The position numbers and the translations under genes are program-made. A model generated the notes under the pieces. That model saw nothing but the letters and a program-made list of their open reading frames with translations. It did no database searches and had not been told where the DNA came from. 64,000 bases of DNA from an uncultured Verrucomicrobiae bacterium (lineage in GTDB: Bacteria; Verrucomicrobiota; Verrucomicrobiia; Chthoniobacterales; JAFAMB01): NCBI GenBank assembly GCA_963750185.1, contig CAVVPV010000004.1:137584-201583 (forward strand), given 5' to 3'. Positions 43,055-53,531 of this stretch are shown piece by piece. The stretch's first letter is position 1. Every line of letters starts with the position of its first letter.

Positions 43055-45358
43055 ATGCACTCGAAGGTTTTTATCAGCCATTCCAACGAGGACAAATCAA
43101 TCGCGGATGCTATTTGCCAGCGGCTCGAGTCCGACGGAATCAAATGCTGGATCGCTCCGCGCGACATCAAACCGGGATCCACTTGGACCAAGGGAATCAT
43201 GCAAGGTATTGATGACTGCCGTATCCTGGTTCTGGTCTTCTCGGAGCATGCCAATGATTCCGACCACGTTTATCGGGAAGTCGCGAAGGCATTCTCATCT
43301 CGGCTCGCGGTCATCCCTTTCCGGATCAAGGCGGTCGTGCCGAGCCAGAGCCTTAGTTATTTTCTGGACACCGTCCATTGGCTAAACGCCGTGGAGCCCC
43401 CGCTGCAACGGCATCTTGATACTTTAACGGAGCGAGTGAAATCGTTGCTAGCCGGACAGGACGACACCGGTGGGAGCGTGACGGAACCCCCGGCGGGCGT
43501 AATATCGATTGGCCCTCCCGGGATTCCAGCTTTTGTGTCTGGGAAGAAAAAAAACTGGTTCGTCAGAATGGGTGTTGCTGCCAGCTGCCTCGTCGTCATT
43601 ACCGCCCTCTGGCTTTTCATCGCGAACAGCCGAAAGACGACTGAAGCGGATCTGGAGCCGTCGGCTACCGTCGTCCCAGCAAAGAGCATTGCTGTGCTGC
43701 CCTTTGAAAGTCTCAGCGAAAACAAGAGCGACAGCTACTTTGCGGACGGGATCCAGGACGAAATCCTCAACAACTTAGCCAAAATTGCCCAACTCAGAGT
43801 GATCAGCCGCACCTCGGTCATGCAATACCGGTCAGACGGCAAACGCGATCTGCGGCAAATTGCCAAGGCATTAGGCGTGGCGAAGATCTTGGAAGGAACA
43901 GTGCGTCGAGATGGAAACCATGTACGCGTAAGCACTGAATTAGTCGATGCTCGAAATGATAACACGATTTGGGCGGACAGTTATGATCGGGATTTAAACG
44001 ACATCTTTGCTATCCAGAGCGAGGTGGCTCAAACCATCGCCAACAAATTGACGGCCACTATTTCCCCAGAAGAGAAGAAGAGGATCGAAGAAAAGCCGAC
44101 TGAAAACCTGGAAGCCTACGACCTCTATCTCCAGGCCAAGCTGTTAGTCGGAGACGTTAAACTCAACTATATTTTCGGAAACTTCGAGCAAAAGCTGCGC
44201 AGTTCAGTCGATTTATTACAGCGCGCGGTCCAGCTCGATCCTAAGTTCACGCTTGCCTACTGTGCATCTGCAGAGGCTCACGATCTGCTTTACCTCTATT
44301 ATGATCCGACCTCAGAGCGCCGCGCTTTTGGAGACGCAGCGATGAACAACGCTTTGCGTCTGCAATCTGAGCTTCCTGAGGTTCACCTGGCCTACGCTTT
44401 CCACCTGTACAGAACCTATCATGATTATGAACAGGCCCGGGTACAGCTGACCATCGCCAGACGTGGGCTGCCGAACGATGCCGAAGCGATCGTCCTCCAA
44501 GCTTATATCGACCGGCGAGAGGGCAACTTCCAAAAGGCGATCCAGGAGTTTAATGAAGCGTTAACACGCGATCCACGTAATACAATTTCGCTGGAAGAAT
44601 TAGCTTTCACCCTCCATGACACCCGTCAGTTTCGCGCCGCCGAACAAGTGTACGATAGGCTCATCGGCCTGGAACCCGATCAGCCTATATTGAAGGTGCA
44701 AAAGGCGTCAATGATATCCTTCATGGAGACCGGAGACGTTGCGGCGCTGCGGGCAGCAATCGCAGCGCTTCCGGCGTCGTTGGCCGACGATCGGGCCGTG
44801 CTCTCTCAGCGACTAGCGTTGGCGCTTGTTGATCGCGATGGGCAACAAGCACGACAATTGATCGAAAAGATGACGGGGGGTGAGGATGATACCAGCTTTT
44901 CTTACGTAGCTGCACCGGTTCCAATTGATTGTTATTCCCTCCTGCTGGCCCGACTCGAAGGCGGACAACCCGACGCGAACTCCAGCTTCGCGGGAACGCG
45001 AGAGCGACTAAGCCAAAAGCTGAAAATGTCACCGGAAAGTGCGGAAATGCTCAGTAATTTGGCCGTCGTCGATGCTCTGCTGGGCAAGAAAGCGGAAGCC
45101 ACGACCGAAGCAAGGCGCGCCGCCGAAATGTTGCCTATTTCCAAGGACGCATTGAATGGTCCAGGCATCGTGATTAATCTTGCTGTTGTCTACGCGTGGA
45201 CCAATGAGCTGGACCTGGCGTTTGAGACATTAGCGCCGCTGGCCAAGATACCAAACGGTATCTATTATGGCCAATTGAAGCGTGAACCGTACTGGGAACC
45301 GCTGCGGCAAGATCCGCGGTATGAAAAGATGCTGACGGAGCTAGCGCCAAGGGAGTAG
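43055..45358 (+). CDS. TIR domain - TM - TolB-like N-terminal domain - TPR protein
   Basis: VFISHS...CWIAPRDI...SDHVYREV (TIR, catalytic-position Glu present); hydrophobic helix; KSIAVLPFESLS...YFADGIQDEIL; multiple TPRs. Confidence 0.85.
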   Translation: MHSKVFISHSNEDKSIADAICQRLESDGIKCWIAPRDIKPGSTWTKGIMQGIDDCRILVLVFSEHANDSDHVYREVAKAFSSRLAVIPFRIKAVVPSQSLSYFLDTVHWLNAVEPPLQRHLDTLTERVKSLLAGQDDTGGSVTEPPAGVISIGPPGIPAFVSGKKKNWFVRMGVAASCLVVITALWLFIANSRKTTEADLEPSATVVPAKSIAVLPFESLSENKSDSYFADGIQDEILNNLAKIAQLRVISRTSVMQYRSDGKRDLRQIAKALGVAKILEGTVRRDGNHVRVSTELVDARNDNTIWADSYDRDLNDIFAIQSEVAQTIANKLTATISPEEKKRIEEKPTENLEAYDLYLQAKLLVGDVKLNYIFGNFEQKLRSSVDLLQRAVQLDPKFTLAYCASAEAHDLLYLYYDPTSERRAFGDAAMNNALRLQSELPEVHLAYAFHLYRTYHDYEQARVQLTIARRGLPNDAEAIVLQAYIDRREGNFQKAIQEFNEALTRDPRNTISLEELAFTLHDTRQFRAAEQVYDRLIGLEPDQPILKVQKASMISFMETGDVAALRAAIAALPASLADDRAVLSQRLALALVDRDGQQARQLIEKMTGGEDDTSFSYVAAPVPIDCYSLLLARLEGGQPDANSSFAGTRERLSQKLKMSPESAEMLSNLAVVDALLGKKAEATTEARRAAEMLPISKDALNGPGIVINLAVVYAWTNELDLAFETLAPLAKIPNGIYYGQLKREPYWEPLRQDPRYEKMLTELAPRE

Positions 45359-45499
45359 GCAATCGACAGCTCAACCGCGATCTGTTGTAAGGCCGCTGCG
45401 GCCACGACCGCCAGAGTAACCGGGATTTGATCAATCCGGATCGTTTACGCAAGTGGGCAGAAAAGTTCCAGTCGCCCCGGTTGTTAAGAGCCGCTGAAA

Positions 45500-45715
45500 C
45501 CTTCCTAGACCGAGCGCATCTTCATGGGTTGCTCCTGTCTCGAGCCGCTCATTTGCGATCTGATGACCGATAGAATCCACCGCCACAAAGCGCGGCTCGT
45601 CGCCAATCCCATCGATCTGGCCGTTGCACAAAACCATGCCGCGCCCGAGCTCGCCTCCGGCCGGAAAGAGCGTGAATTTGATACTGGAAGACCCGCAATT
45701 GATTGTCAGAATCAT
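45500..45715 (-). pseudogene. ackA: Acetate kinase N-terminal fragment
   Basis: MILTINCGSSSIKF motif, overlapping the upstream stop; truncated after ~70 codons. Confidence 0.75.
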
Positions 45716-46675
45716 TTTGCGGAAGCCTTCCTGCATTGGTGGTGCGCCCACAGCAGCGCCAGAGCGCAGGAACTCAGACGGGTAAGGGCTTTGTCCGCGC
45801 GACTGGTCAGGATGATCGGAACGCGTGCGCCAAGGACGATGCCTCCCGCTTCGGCCTCCGCCAGATATTCGAGCTGTTTCGCGAGCATGTTCCCGGCCTC
45901 CAGGTCCGGCACCACGAAGATGTCGGCCTTCCCTGCGACGGGCGAAACGATGCCCTTAGTTTTAGCAGCCTCTTCTGAAACCGCGTTATCAAAGGCGAGT
46001 GGGCCATCAATAATGCCCCCGGGAATTTGCCCGCGGTCGGCCATCTTGCAGAGTGCGGCGGCGTCCAGAGTGGATGCGATTGTCCTTGTAACTGTCTCGA
46101 CCGCTGATAGAATTGCAACCCGCGGCACCGGCACACCGAGCGAATGCGCCAAATCGAACGGGATGTACTATAGCAGTCCGGATCGGCTCCAGATTCCGGG
46201 TCATTTCAATGAGCTGGCGATGCCACCTGCCTATCTCGTGCAACTCGACCTCGGGGAGCACAACGCGAGGCCTGCAGATTTTTTCAGTTGGAGCGATCAC
46301 CTCGGCTGTACCGGTGATCACGGTCTCGCCCTTCTGGTTTTGTGCCTCGCAATCGAGTGTAACGCGATGCTTCTCGCTGCTCTTTGCGGTCACCCTTACC
46401 GTCACAGTGATCGTGTCGCCAAGCCCAACGGGATGACGGAACCGCAGCGACTGACCGAGATAGATTGCGCCCGGCCCCGGCAACTCAGTACCAAGTACCG
46501 TCGAGAACAAGGCTCCGCCCCACATTCCATGAGCAATGATCTTGTGGAACATGTCGTCCTTTGCGAAGGCGGGGTCCACGTGCGCAGGGTTAACGTCGCC
46601 GGACATTGCTGCGAAGATCTGGACGTCTTTGAATGTCAACGTATGCACCAGGCTGGCGGTGTCACCGAGCCCGTA
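45712..46675 (-). pseudogene. Bifunctional MaoC enoyl-CoA hydratase / phosphate acetyltransferase, N-truncated with an internal deletion
   Basis: SGDVNPAHVD and IAHGMW (MaoC); IVHPV joined out of frame at ~46157 to DLAHSL...DGPLAFDNAVS...EAGNML...LTSRAD. Confidence 0.8.
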
Positions 46676-46679
46676 AAGC

Positions 46680-46960
46680 GCGAGGCCAGACTGTTCTGGG
46701 ACGCGGCCCAATCCAGAGGCAGATTGGCTTTGGTAAAAACCTCGAGGGCGGAGCGGGAAGCGGCCACAGCGTCTCGGAGCAGCGTGCGGCTTTCTTCTCC
46801 GGCGGTGCGCACCGCGAGTTCTTGAAGCGCGCAGCCAAGATTGTTCTCGGTCCAGGCCCAATCCAGGGGCAGATCAGACTTGGTCCTGATTTCGAGGGCG
46901 GAGCGATAAGCGGCTACAGCGTCTTCGAGCAGTTTGCGGCCTTCGTCTGTGCCGCTGCGC
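46680..46960 (-). pseudogene. TPR repeat fragment
   Basis: Two repeats: LEDAVAAYRSALEIRTKSDLPLDWAWTENNLG and LRDAVAASRSALEVFTKANLPLDWAASQNSL. Confidence 0.65.
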
Positions 46961-47054
46961 GTCCCGCAGCATCGCGGGGATTTTTCGACAAGCGTCGTTT
47001 TGAAATGAAAATGCGTGAGCCAGTACGCGAGCGCGGGACCGGCAATACCTCCCG

Positions 47055-48083
47055 TTACGCTGCGGCGATTCGCAACATTTGCAAAGCTGCCAGCGCTGAG
47101 CCGCGTGCGCCTGCCATGTCGAGGTCAGGGACTACTGCGAACTGGACGATCTGACGCTGTTCGTCGCGCAGCTGGGTGGACGCGCGAACTATATCCATGC
47201 ACCAATCGCGAAAATGGGGTTCAGCCTCGACGATACCGCCTCCGACGAAGTAGGCGTCAGGGTCGGTAAAATTGGCGGCAATGCTGAACATACGCCCGAT
47301 CGCCTTGGCTTGTTGCTCGAATATACGGAGCGCCATCTCATCGCCTTTCTCAGCGTAGCCTCGCACGGCTTTGGCTGCGGCGATCATCGACTCGGAGTTC
47401 GCCAACGAATGGTTTGGGTATTTGGACAACCAATATGGGAGCAGATTTTTCGTGATGCCGGTCAACGACGCAATGCTTTCCAGATCGCCGTAAAGACCAC
47501 AATTGCATTTCGGAATCGGTTGATCGTCCTGCAACAAACCTTCCAGAAAAATTCGAATATGACCCAACTCGCCTGCCATGCCGCAAGATCCGCGAATGAC
47601 GCGACCGTTGTCGACAACGCCGCCGCCGAGGCCGGTACCGACGATTGCCGACACCGACGAGTGCCGCGTCGAATCATCGCCGAAGAAGCATTGATGGGCG
47701 TAGAGAGCGGCGGCATTGCCGTCGTTGTTGTAGACCACTGGTAGTTTGAAAAAATCTTCGACCGCAGTCCGGATATCAAATCCCCACCATTCTTTGCCGG
47801 AAAAGTTCGTGCTTCCTTTGGAAGAGATGACCCCGTTAGCGCTGGCCGGCCCAGGCGTGTCGAGGCCAACGACCCGCACCGAGTCCCAATGCACTCCTGC
47901 ACCGTCGAGGGCGAGTTCAATTGCCTTCGCCATTGCTTCAATCGCCGCTTCAGGGCCCTCCAATACTCGACTCGGTATTTCTACCATCCGGTTATTGAGA
48001 AAAACCCCTTTGGAATCGAGGAGAGTCGCGTTCGTCTTGGTGCCCCCAACATCGAGGCCGGCGACAATGGAAGGAGTATTCAC
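47055..48083 (-). CDS. ROK family sugar kinase
   Basis: GLDVGGTK, NDGNAAA, GTGLGGG, GELGH, CNCG. Confidence 0.92.
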   Translation of the reverse strand: MNTPSIVAGLDVGGTKTNATLLDSKGVFLNNRMVEIPSRVLEGPEAAIEAMAKAIELALDGAGVHWDSVRVVGLDTPGPASANGVISSKGSTNFSGKEWWGFDIRTAVEDFFKLPVVYNNDGNAAALYAHQCFFGDDSTRHSSVSAIVGTGLGGGVVDNGRVIRGSCGMAGELGHIRIFLEGLLQDDQPIPKCNCGLYGDLESIASLTGITKNLLPYWLSKYPNHSLANSESMIAAAKAVRGYAEKGDEMALRIFEQQAKAIGRMFSIAANFTDPDAYFVGGGIVEAEPHFRDWCMDIVRASTQLRDEQRQIVQFAVVPDLDMAGARGSALAALQMLRIAAA

Positions 48084-48295
48084 ACCTTCAAGAATATTAG
48101 AATTGATTGCCGGTGTCTAGCAATTGAAAATGCTGGGCATTTAACTGGAGGGACCGGTGCGACTTGCACGCGCATCGCAGAGGTTCACCCTGCCATCCTG
48201 TGGGTCGCGAGTTGCGTCGCCAGTTGCTTCGCTTTTCTCAATGACGAGAGCCTTGCTATTGTCAACGTGTGGCCGTCAAGATACCCTGCAGAGGC

Positions 48296-48583
48296 ATGAA
48301 AGAGAGATTTCTTGTAATCACCACTACGAGCAAAAAGATCGTTTATCTTCCTGTAAGTCGATTACTGAGGATCGAAGCTACCCCAGCCCGTGGGCCGGGT
48401 ACGGTCCCTACAGTCGATGTTTATTTTGAAGGATTCCAAGCAATCCTTCAAATCAGCGAAGAGAGAGACGCAGAAACAGAGGCAAGAAGTATATACAACA
48501 AGCTGCTAGACTTTAATGACCAGGATCTCGTATATCTGACGCCCGGAGACAATATTACTAACATCGCGGTCGAGTCAATTTGA
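48296..48583 (+). CDS. Hypothetical protein (95 aa)
   Basis: AT-richer ORF after GAGG; no recognisable family. Confidence 0.45.
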   Translation: MKERFLVITTTSKKIVYLPVSRLLRIEATPARGPGTVPTVDVYFEGFQAILQISEERDAETEARSIYNKLLDFNDQDLVYLTPGDNITNIAVESI

Positions 48584-48649
48584 GCGCGATGCCCCAACTC
48601 CTGGCTGATGCGCAATGCTTCCTCGTTCTCGAAAAGTTTTCGCGCGAGT

Positions 48650-49573
48650 TCAGCATATCTTTCCTTTCTTGCCTGCCGGGCCATGGCCGACCGGCTTATC
48701 GCCGATCCACCGCTCGTCGATCGGCTCGCTGGCCAGTTGATAGCGGGAGTCGCACGAGAGCCGGAAGCGGTTCGAGTGATTGTCAAGGCTCCCGTGGATG
48801 GTCCCCATCGTAAACGTCAGCACATCCCCCGCACGAAACTCCGTCGTCAACCAGCGCCCGCCGAGCTTTTCGCGCAGCAATACGGGGTCGCTGGACAACC
48901 GGCCATCCCAGTTTTGCCATCGCTTTTTGCCGAGCTCGATTTCGGCTGCGTCGGGATAATTCGTACAATAGACATCCACGTCTCGTCCCAGGTAATTGCG
49001 CAGCTTGGCCCCTTTACGATGGGAGTCTTCCAGAACCATCAGGCCGCCCACGTCGAAGGGCACGTCGCCAAGTGGGGTCCAGGCCGTGAACAGATTCCAG
49101 GTGCCGCGGCCCATGTAAACGACATCGCAGTGCGGATAGGTGCCTTTGCCTCCACCCGGCACCGCGCGCAGCCAGGTAAAATCATAATGCCGGACCGCGC
49201 CACCCAGGAGCCGCTCATACAGCGCCATCATACGTCCGGAATAGAGGAGCTTTTTCAGGGGGCAATTGTTTTCTGTCAACGCGTCGAAGCTCGGGCTGAC
49301 GGCACCGGGTCTGCTGATGGCTTCGATGGCAGGATAATTTTCATCCAGAAGACCATAGCCGGCCAGCCTGCGGGTGATTTCAGCCCGCGCCTCCAGTACT
49401 TCGTCGGCATCGAGGTAACCGCGCAGAAAAAGATAGCCCTCTTCGCGTACCCGCTCGCCGAGCGCGGTTGGGTCGTCGACTATGTCGGTCGAACTCCTTA
49501 ACTCGCCCAATGCCGACACAGAAGTGTCCAGGGGCAGGTCAATGGATGTCAAAGCCAGTTCGGTCGTGCTCAT
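48650..49573 (-). CDS. Phytanoyl-CoA dioxygenase (PhyH) family Fe/2OG enzyme
   Basis: EEGYLFLRG, HCD facial triad, WTPLGD, GDVLTF...HGSLDN...RLSCDSRY. Confidence 0.88.
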   Translation of the reverse strand: MSTTELALTSIDLPLDTSVSALGELRSSTDIVDDPTALGERVREEGYLFLRGYLDADEVLEARAEITRRLAGYGLLDENYPAIEAISRPGAVSPSFDALTENNCPLKKLLYSGRMMALYERLLGGAVRHYDFTWLRAVPGGGKGTYPHCDVVYMGRGTWNLFTAWTPLGDVPFDVGGLMVLEDSHRKGAKLRNYLGRDVDVYCTNYPDAAEIELGKKRWQNWDGRLSSDPVLLREKLGGRWLTTEFRAGDVLTFTMGTIHGSLDNHSNRFRLSCDSRYQLASEPIDERWIGDKPVGHGPAGKKGKIC

Positions 49574-49597
49574 GCTGGTAAGCAGGTTAAAAACCGT

Positions 49598-50449
49598 TTA
49601 CGATTTGCGCCAGCTGTACTGAGGTTCGTACCCGAGCACGCGCCGTGCTTTGTCTATGGAGAGGAGGGTTTCGTTGGGCTCGACCTCTTTTTTGATCGGC
49701 ACGCCCGGAAAACGCTCGGCGATCAGCTCGGCGTTCGGCCGAGTCATCACTGTATCGGCGTTGGCGATAATAAAAGCGTTGAATCCTTTCAGTGGTGATT
49801 CCAACGATTTGCGGATTGCCTGGGCTGCGTCCCGCGCGTCGATATAACCCCAGAGATTCCAGGACCGTAATTTTGCGTTGCTGTCGAAGCTTGGAAATCG
49901 TGCGTAATCTGCCGGCTCCATCACATTGGAAAAGCGCAGACCGACGATTTTCAGGTCCGGATCCCAGCGGCAATATTGCTTCGCGATTTCTTCACCAACA
50001 AGCTTTGACAACGAATAGGCGGTCTCGGGCCGGGCCGGGTACTCCTCATCGACCGGGATATAGGGCGGGGGGACATTGAAGGGCAGACCGAGCAGGGTTT
50101 CACTTGAGGCCCAGACTAGATTCTTAATTTTCAGCGTCCGTGCGGCCTCGAAGACATTGTAGGTGCTGAGCGTGTTTGTTCTGAATGTAAAGGAATTCGA
50201 AAATCGCGCAGGCGCTGGAATGGCGGCCAAATGGACTACGGCGTCCACATCGTCATACAGTTCATCGATGCGAGAGAGTCCTTCAATTGTTTCACCGAAA
50301 TCCGTAAGGTCTATCTGGATGAATCGGCAGAGTTCTTTTGCCGGTCGCACAAGATCCAGGTTAAAAACTTCGTAGCCATGCTGGATGAGGTCCTCCACAC
50401 ATGCGCGGCCTACTTTTCCGCTTCCGCCAGTTACGATTACTCGAGCCAT
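49598..50449 (-). CDS. NAD-dependent epimerase/dehydratase
   Basis: TGGSGKVG, VHLAA, YSLSK. Confidence 0.9.
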   Translation of the reverse strand: MARVIVTGGSGKVGRACVEDLIQHGYEVFNLDLVRPAKELCRFIQIDLTDFGETIEGLSRIDELYDDVDAVVHLAAIPAPARFSNSFTFRTNTLSTYNVFEAARTLKIKNLVWASSETLLGLPFNVPPPYIPVDEEYPARPETAYSLSKLVGEEIAKQYCRWDPDLKIVGLRFSNVMEPADYARFPSFDSNAKLRSWNLWGYIDARDAAQAIRKSLESPLKGFNAFIIANADTVMTRPNAELIAERFPGVPIKKEVEPNETLLSIDKARRVLGYEPQYSWRKS

Positions 50450-50491
50450 ATGATCAATTATTTTAGACAGAAGCTTTCACTTTAAAAGGAT

Positions 50492-51517
50492 ATGAGTAAG
50501 CCAATGATTCTAATTGATCCACAGCCGCGGACGATGGATATGATTTTCGAGCCTGAATCTCGAAGCCGGCTTTCAGAGCTCGCGGAACTGGTTGTATTCG
50601 ATGCTGGACCGATGCCTGCGGAGATGTTGGAAAGCAACCTGTCGCAAGCCAGCTTATTGATAGGCCAAACTAATTTGCCCCGCGAGCGTCTGGAGCGTGC
50701 TTCGCAGCTTCGCGCGATTATCAACGTGGAAGGCAATTTCTTGCCAAACATCGATTACGACTATTGCTTCTCGCGCGGAATTCGAGTGCTTGTCGCCAGT
50801 CCTGCATTTGCCGTTGCGGTCGCTGAAATGGCCTTGGCACTCGGACTTGACCTGGCTCGTGGAATCACGAAAAACGATAGAGCTTTCCGGGCGAAAGCAG
50901 AGGTCTACGGCCTCGAGAGCAATCGAGATTCCTTTTTATTCACCGGCTGTCGCGTGGGCATCATTGGCTTCGGCGATCTCGCCCGCGCGTTTCGGCCTAT
51001 GCTCCGGCCCTTTCGATGCCCCGTGAAGGTGTACGATCCGTGGCTGCCCGAGCGTGAAATCCGATTGAACGAGTGCACGCCTGCAGGCCTGGATGAGGTG
51101 CTTTCATCCTCAGATGCCGTTTTTGTTTTCGCAAGTGTAACGACAGAAAACCAGGGTTTTTTGGGAACACGGGAGTTAGCATTGATCCGGCCGGGAGGAT
51201 TGTTCGTATTGATGAGTCGTGCGGCCGTGGTTGATTTTGATGCGCTAACTGCTGCCGCCGCATCGGGAAGACTTAAAGTGGCCACAGACGTATTTCCCGA
51301 AGAGCCGTTTGCGAAGGACCATTCGATCCGGAATCTGGCAGACGTTGTGCTATCAGCGCATCGCTCCGGCGGGATTCAAGAGGCATTTTATGAAATTGGC
51401 CGAATGGTCGTTGCAGATGCAGAGCTGTTGTTGCGCGGTCTGCCACCGATTTCGTGCAAAGTAGCGCAGCCGGAAACAGTCGGAAGATTTCGCAGTAAGG
51501 CTGTGAAGGTGTCGTGA
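50492..51517 (+). CDS. D-isomer-specific 2-hydroxyacid dehydrogenase
   Basis: VAEMAL, VGIIGFGDL, SRAAVVD, TDVFPEEP, SAHRSG. Confidence 0.88.
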   Translation: MSKPMILIDPQPRTMDMIFEPESRSRLSELAELVVFDAGPMPAEMLESNLSQASLLIGQTNLPRERLERASQLRAIINVEGNFLPNIDYDYCFSRGIRVLVASPAFAVAVAEMALALGLDLARGITKNDRAFRAKAEVYGLESNRDSFLFTGCRVGIIGFGDLARAFRPMLRPFRCPVKVYDPWLPEREIRLNECTPAGLDEVLSSSDAVFVFASVTTENQGFLGTRELALIRPGGLFVLMSRAAVVDFDALTAAAASGRLKVATDVFPEEPFAKDHSIRNLADVVLSAHRSGGIQEAFYEIGRMVVADAELLLRGLPPISCKVAQPETVGRFRSKAVKVS

Positions 51518-51978
<461 letters not shown>

Positions 51979-51989
51979 CCTCCCGCCTC

Positions 51990-53531
51990 CTAATAGGACT
52001 TTGCGAACAAAACTCTGCGCGGACTCGGAGCCCCTGAAAACACACAGGTCCCAGGTTCCTCGTCGCGCACTTCGGGATCAAACGGGATACAACGGATCGT
52101 CACCTTGAGTTCTTCTTTGAGCTGGGCTTCGACTGCAGGACTTCCAGACCAGTGGGCAACCGCGAACCCGCCATGGATTTCCGGTTTCTCTTTGTTTTTC
52201 GGAGTGAAGAAATCGTAAAAGTCGGCTTTTGTATCAATTCGAATCGTGTTCGCGTCGCGCATAGCCTTTGCGCGGTCAAAAAGATTTTGCTGAATCTGTG
52301 TAAGAATCGCCGGGAGCCGGCTTGTGGCCTCACCGGCGCGCAAGAAGCTTTTCTCTTTGACTGGTTGATCGCGGCGCGAAAGCGCGACAGTTCCTTCTGC
52401 CAAGTCGCGCGGACCAATCTCGATCCGGATCGGAACCCCTCGCTTAATCCATTCCCAGCTCTTTGTTCCGCCGCCGATGTCGCGCCGGTCGACCTCGACT
52501 CGGATTGGAGCACCTGCATATTGCTGGGATTTGATCTCGTCGCTTAAGGCCCCAGCGGCATCCAAGACCGCCTGGCGTGTCTCTACTTTAGGCGTGATTG
52601 GGAGAATAACGACGTGCGCCGGAGCGATTCGCGGAGGCAAAATGAGTCCATCGTCATCTGCGTGCATCATGATCAACGTGCCGATCAACCGGGTGCTCAC
52701 GCCCCAGCTCGTCGTCCACACATATTCTTCGACCCCGCTGCGCGTAATGAATTTGATGCCGGATGCCTTTGCAAAATTCTGGCCGAGAAAGTGCGAGGTA
52801 CCGGCCTGGATCGCTTTCCGGTCCTGGACCATAGCTTCGATGCTAAGGGTCTGGATCGCGCCGGGAAACCGTTCGCTTTCACTCTTTTCGCCCCGATAGA
52901 CAGGGAGAGCTAGATGATCGCGTGCAAATGTTGCGTAGACGTCAAGCATCCGATTTGCTTCTTCGACCGCTTCCGCTTCCGATTCATGCGCCGTGTGACC
53001 TTCTTGCCAAAGGAATTCAGCGGTGCGCAGAAACAGGCGAGGACGCATTTCCCAGCGGACGACGTTCGCCCATTGATTGATCAGAATCGGAAGATCGCGA
53101 TACGATTGCGCCCATCTTGCAAATGCGGCACCGATGATTGTCTCAGAGGTCGGTCTCACGACGAGCGGCTCCGTGAGCTCCGCGGCCGGCGCAGGGCGCA
53201 TTTTTCCGTCTGGCCCAACTTCCAACCGATGGTGCGTCACGACGGCGCATTCTTTTGCGAAACCTTCGACGTGGGCCGCCTCCTTTGCGAAATAGCTGAG
53301 CGGAATGAACAACGGAAAATAGGCGTTCTTGTGACCGGTCGCCTTGATCATCGAGTCTAACTGCGACTGGATGTTTTCCCAGATTCCGAAGCCCCACGGT
53401 TTGATAATCATGCAACCCCGAACCTCTGAATTTTCCGCTAGGTCGGCGGCGCGAACGACTTGCTGGTACCACTCCGGAAAATCTTCGGATCGGCTAGGGG
53501 TGATTGCTGTTTTAGGCTTTGAGTCGGCCAT
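51990..53531 (-). CDS. proS: Proline--tRNA ligase (eukaryote/archaeon-type)
   Basis: RPTSET, QWANVVRWE, FLRTAEFLWQEGHT, QAGTSHFLGQNF, SWGVSTR, FAKSY C-terminus. Confidence 0.96.
   Translation of the reverse strand: MADSKPKTAITPSRSEDFPEWYQQVVRAADLAENSEVRGCMIIKPWGFGIWENIQSQLDSMIKATGHKNAYFPLFIPLSYFAKEAAHVEGFAKECAVVTHHRLEVGPDGKMRPAPAAELTEPLVVRPTSETIIGAAFARWAQSYRDLPILINQWANVVRWEMRPRLFLRTAEFLWQEGHTAHESEAEAVEEANRMLDVYATFARDHLALPVYRGEKSESERFPGAIQTLSIEAMVQDRKAIQAGTSHFLGQNFAKASGIKFITRSGVEEYVWTTSWGVSTRLIGTLIMMHADDDGLILPPRIAPAHVVILPITPKVETRQAVLDAAGALSDEIKSQQYAGAPIRVEVDRRDIGGGTKSWEWIKRGVPIRIEIGPRDLAEGTVALSRRDQPVKEKSFLRAGEATSRLPAILTQIQQNLFDRAKAMRDANTIRIDTKADFYDFFTPKNKEKPEIHGGFAVAHWSGSPAVEAQLKEELKVTIRCIPFDPEVRDEEPGTCVFSGAPSPRRVLFAKSY

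Noticed and set aside
45524-46825. 433-aa plus-strand ORF
   Set aside because: Antisense shadow of the minus-strand Pta, MaoC and TPR fragments; no recognisable motifs.
48608-49501. 297-aa plus-strand ORF
   Set aside because: Shadow of the PhyH-family gene, which has clear catalytic motifs on the minus strand.
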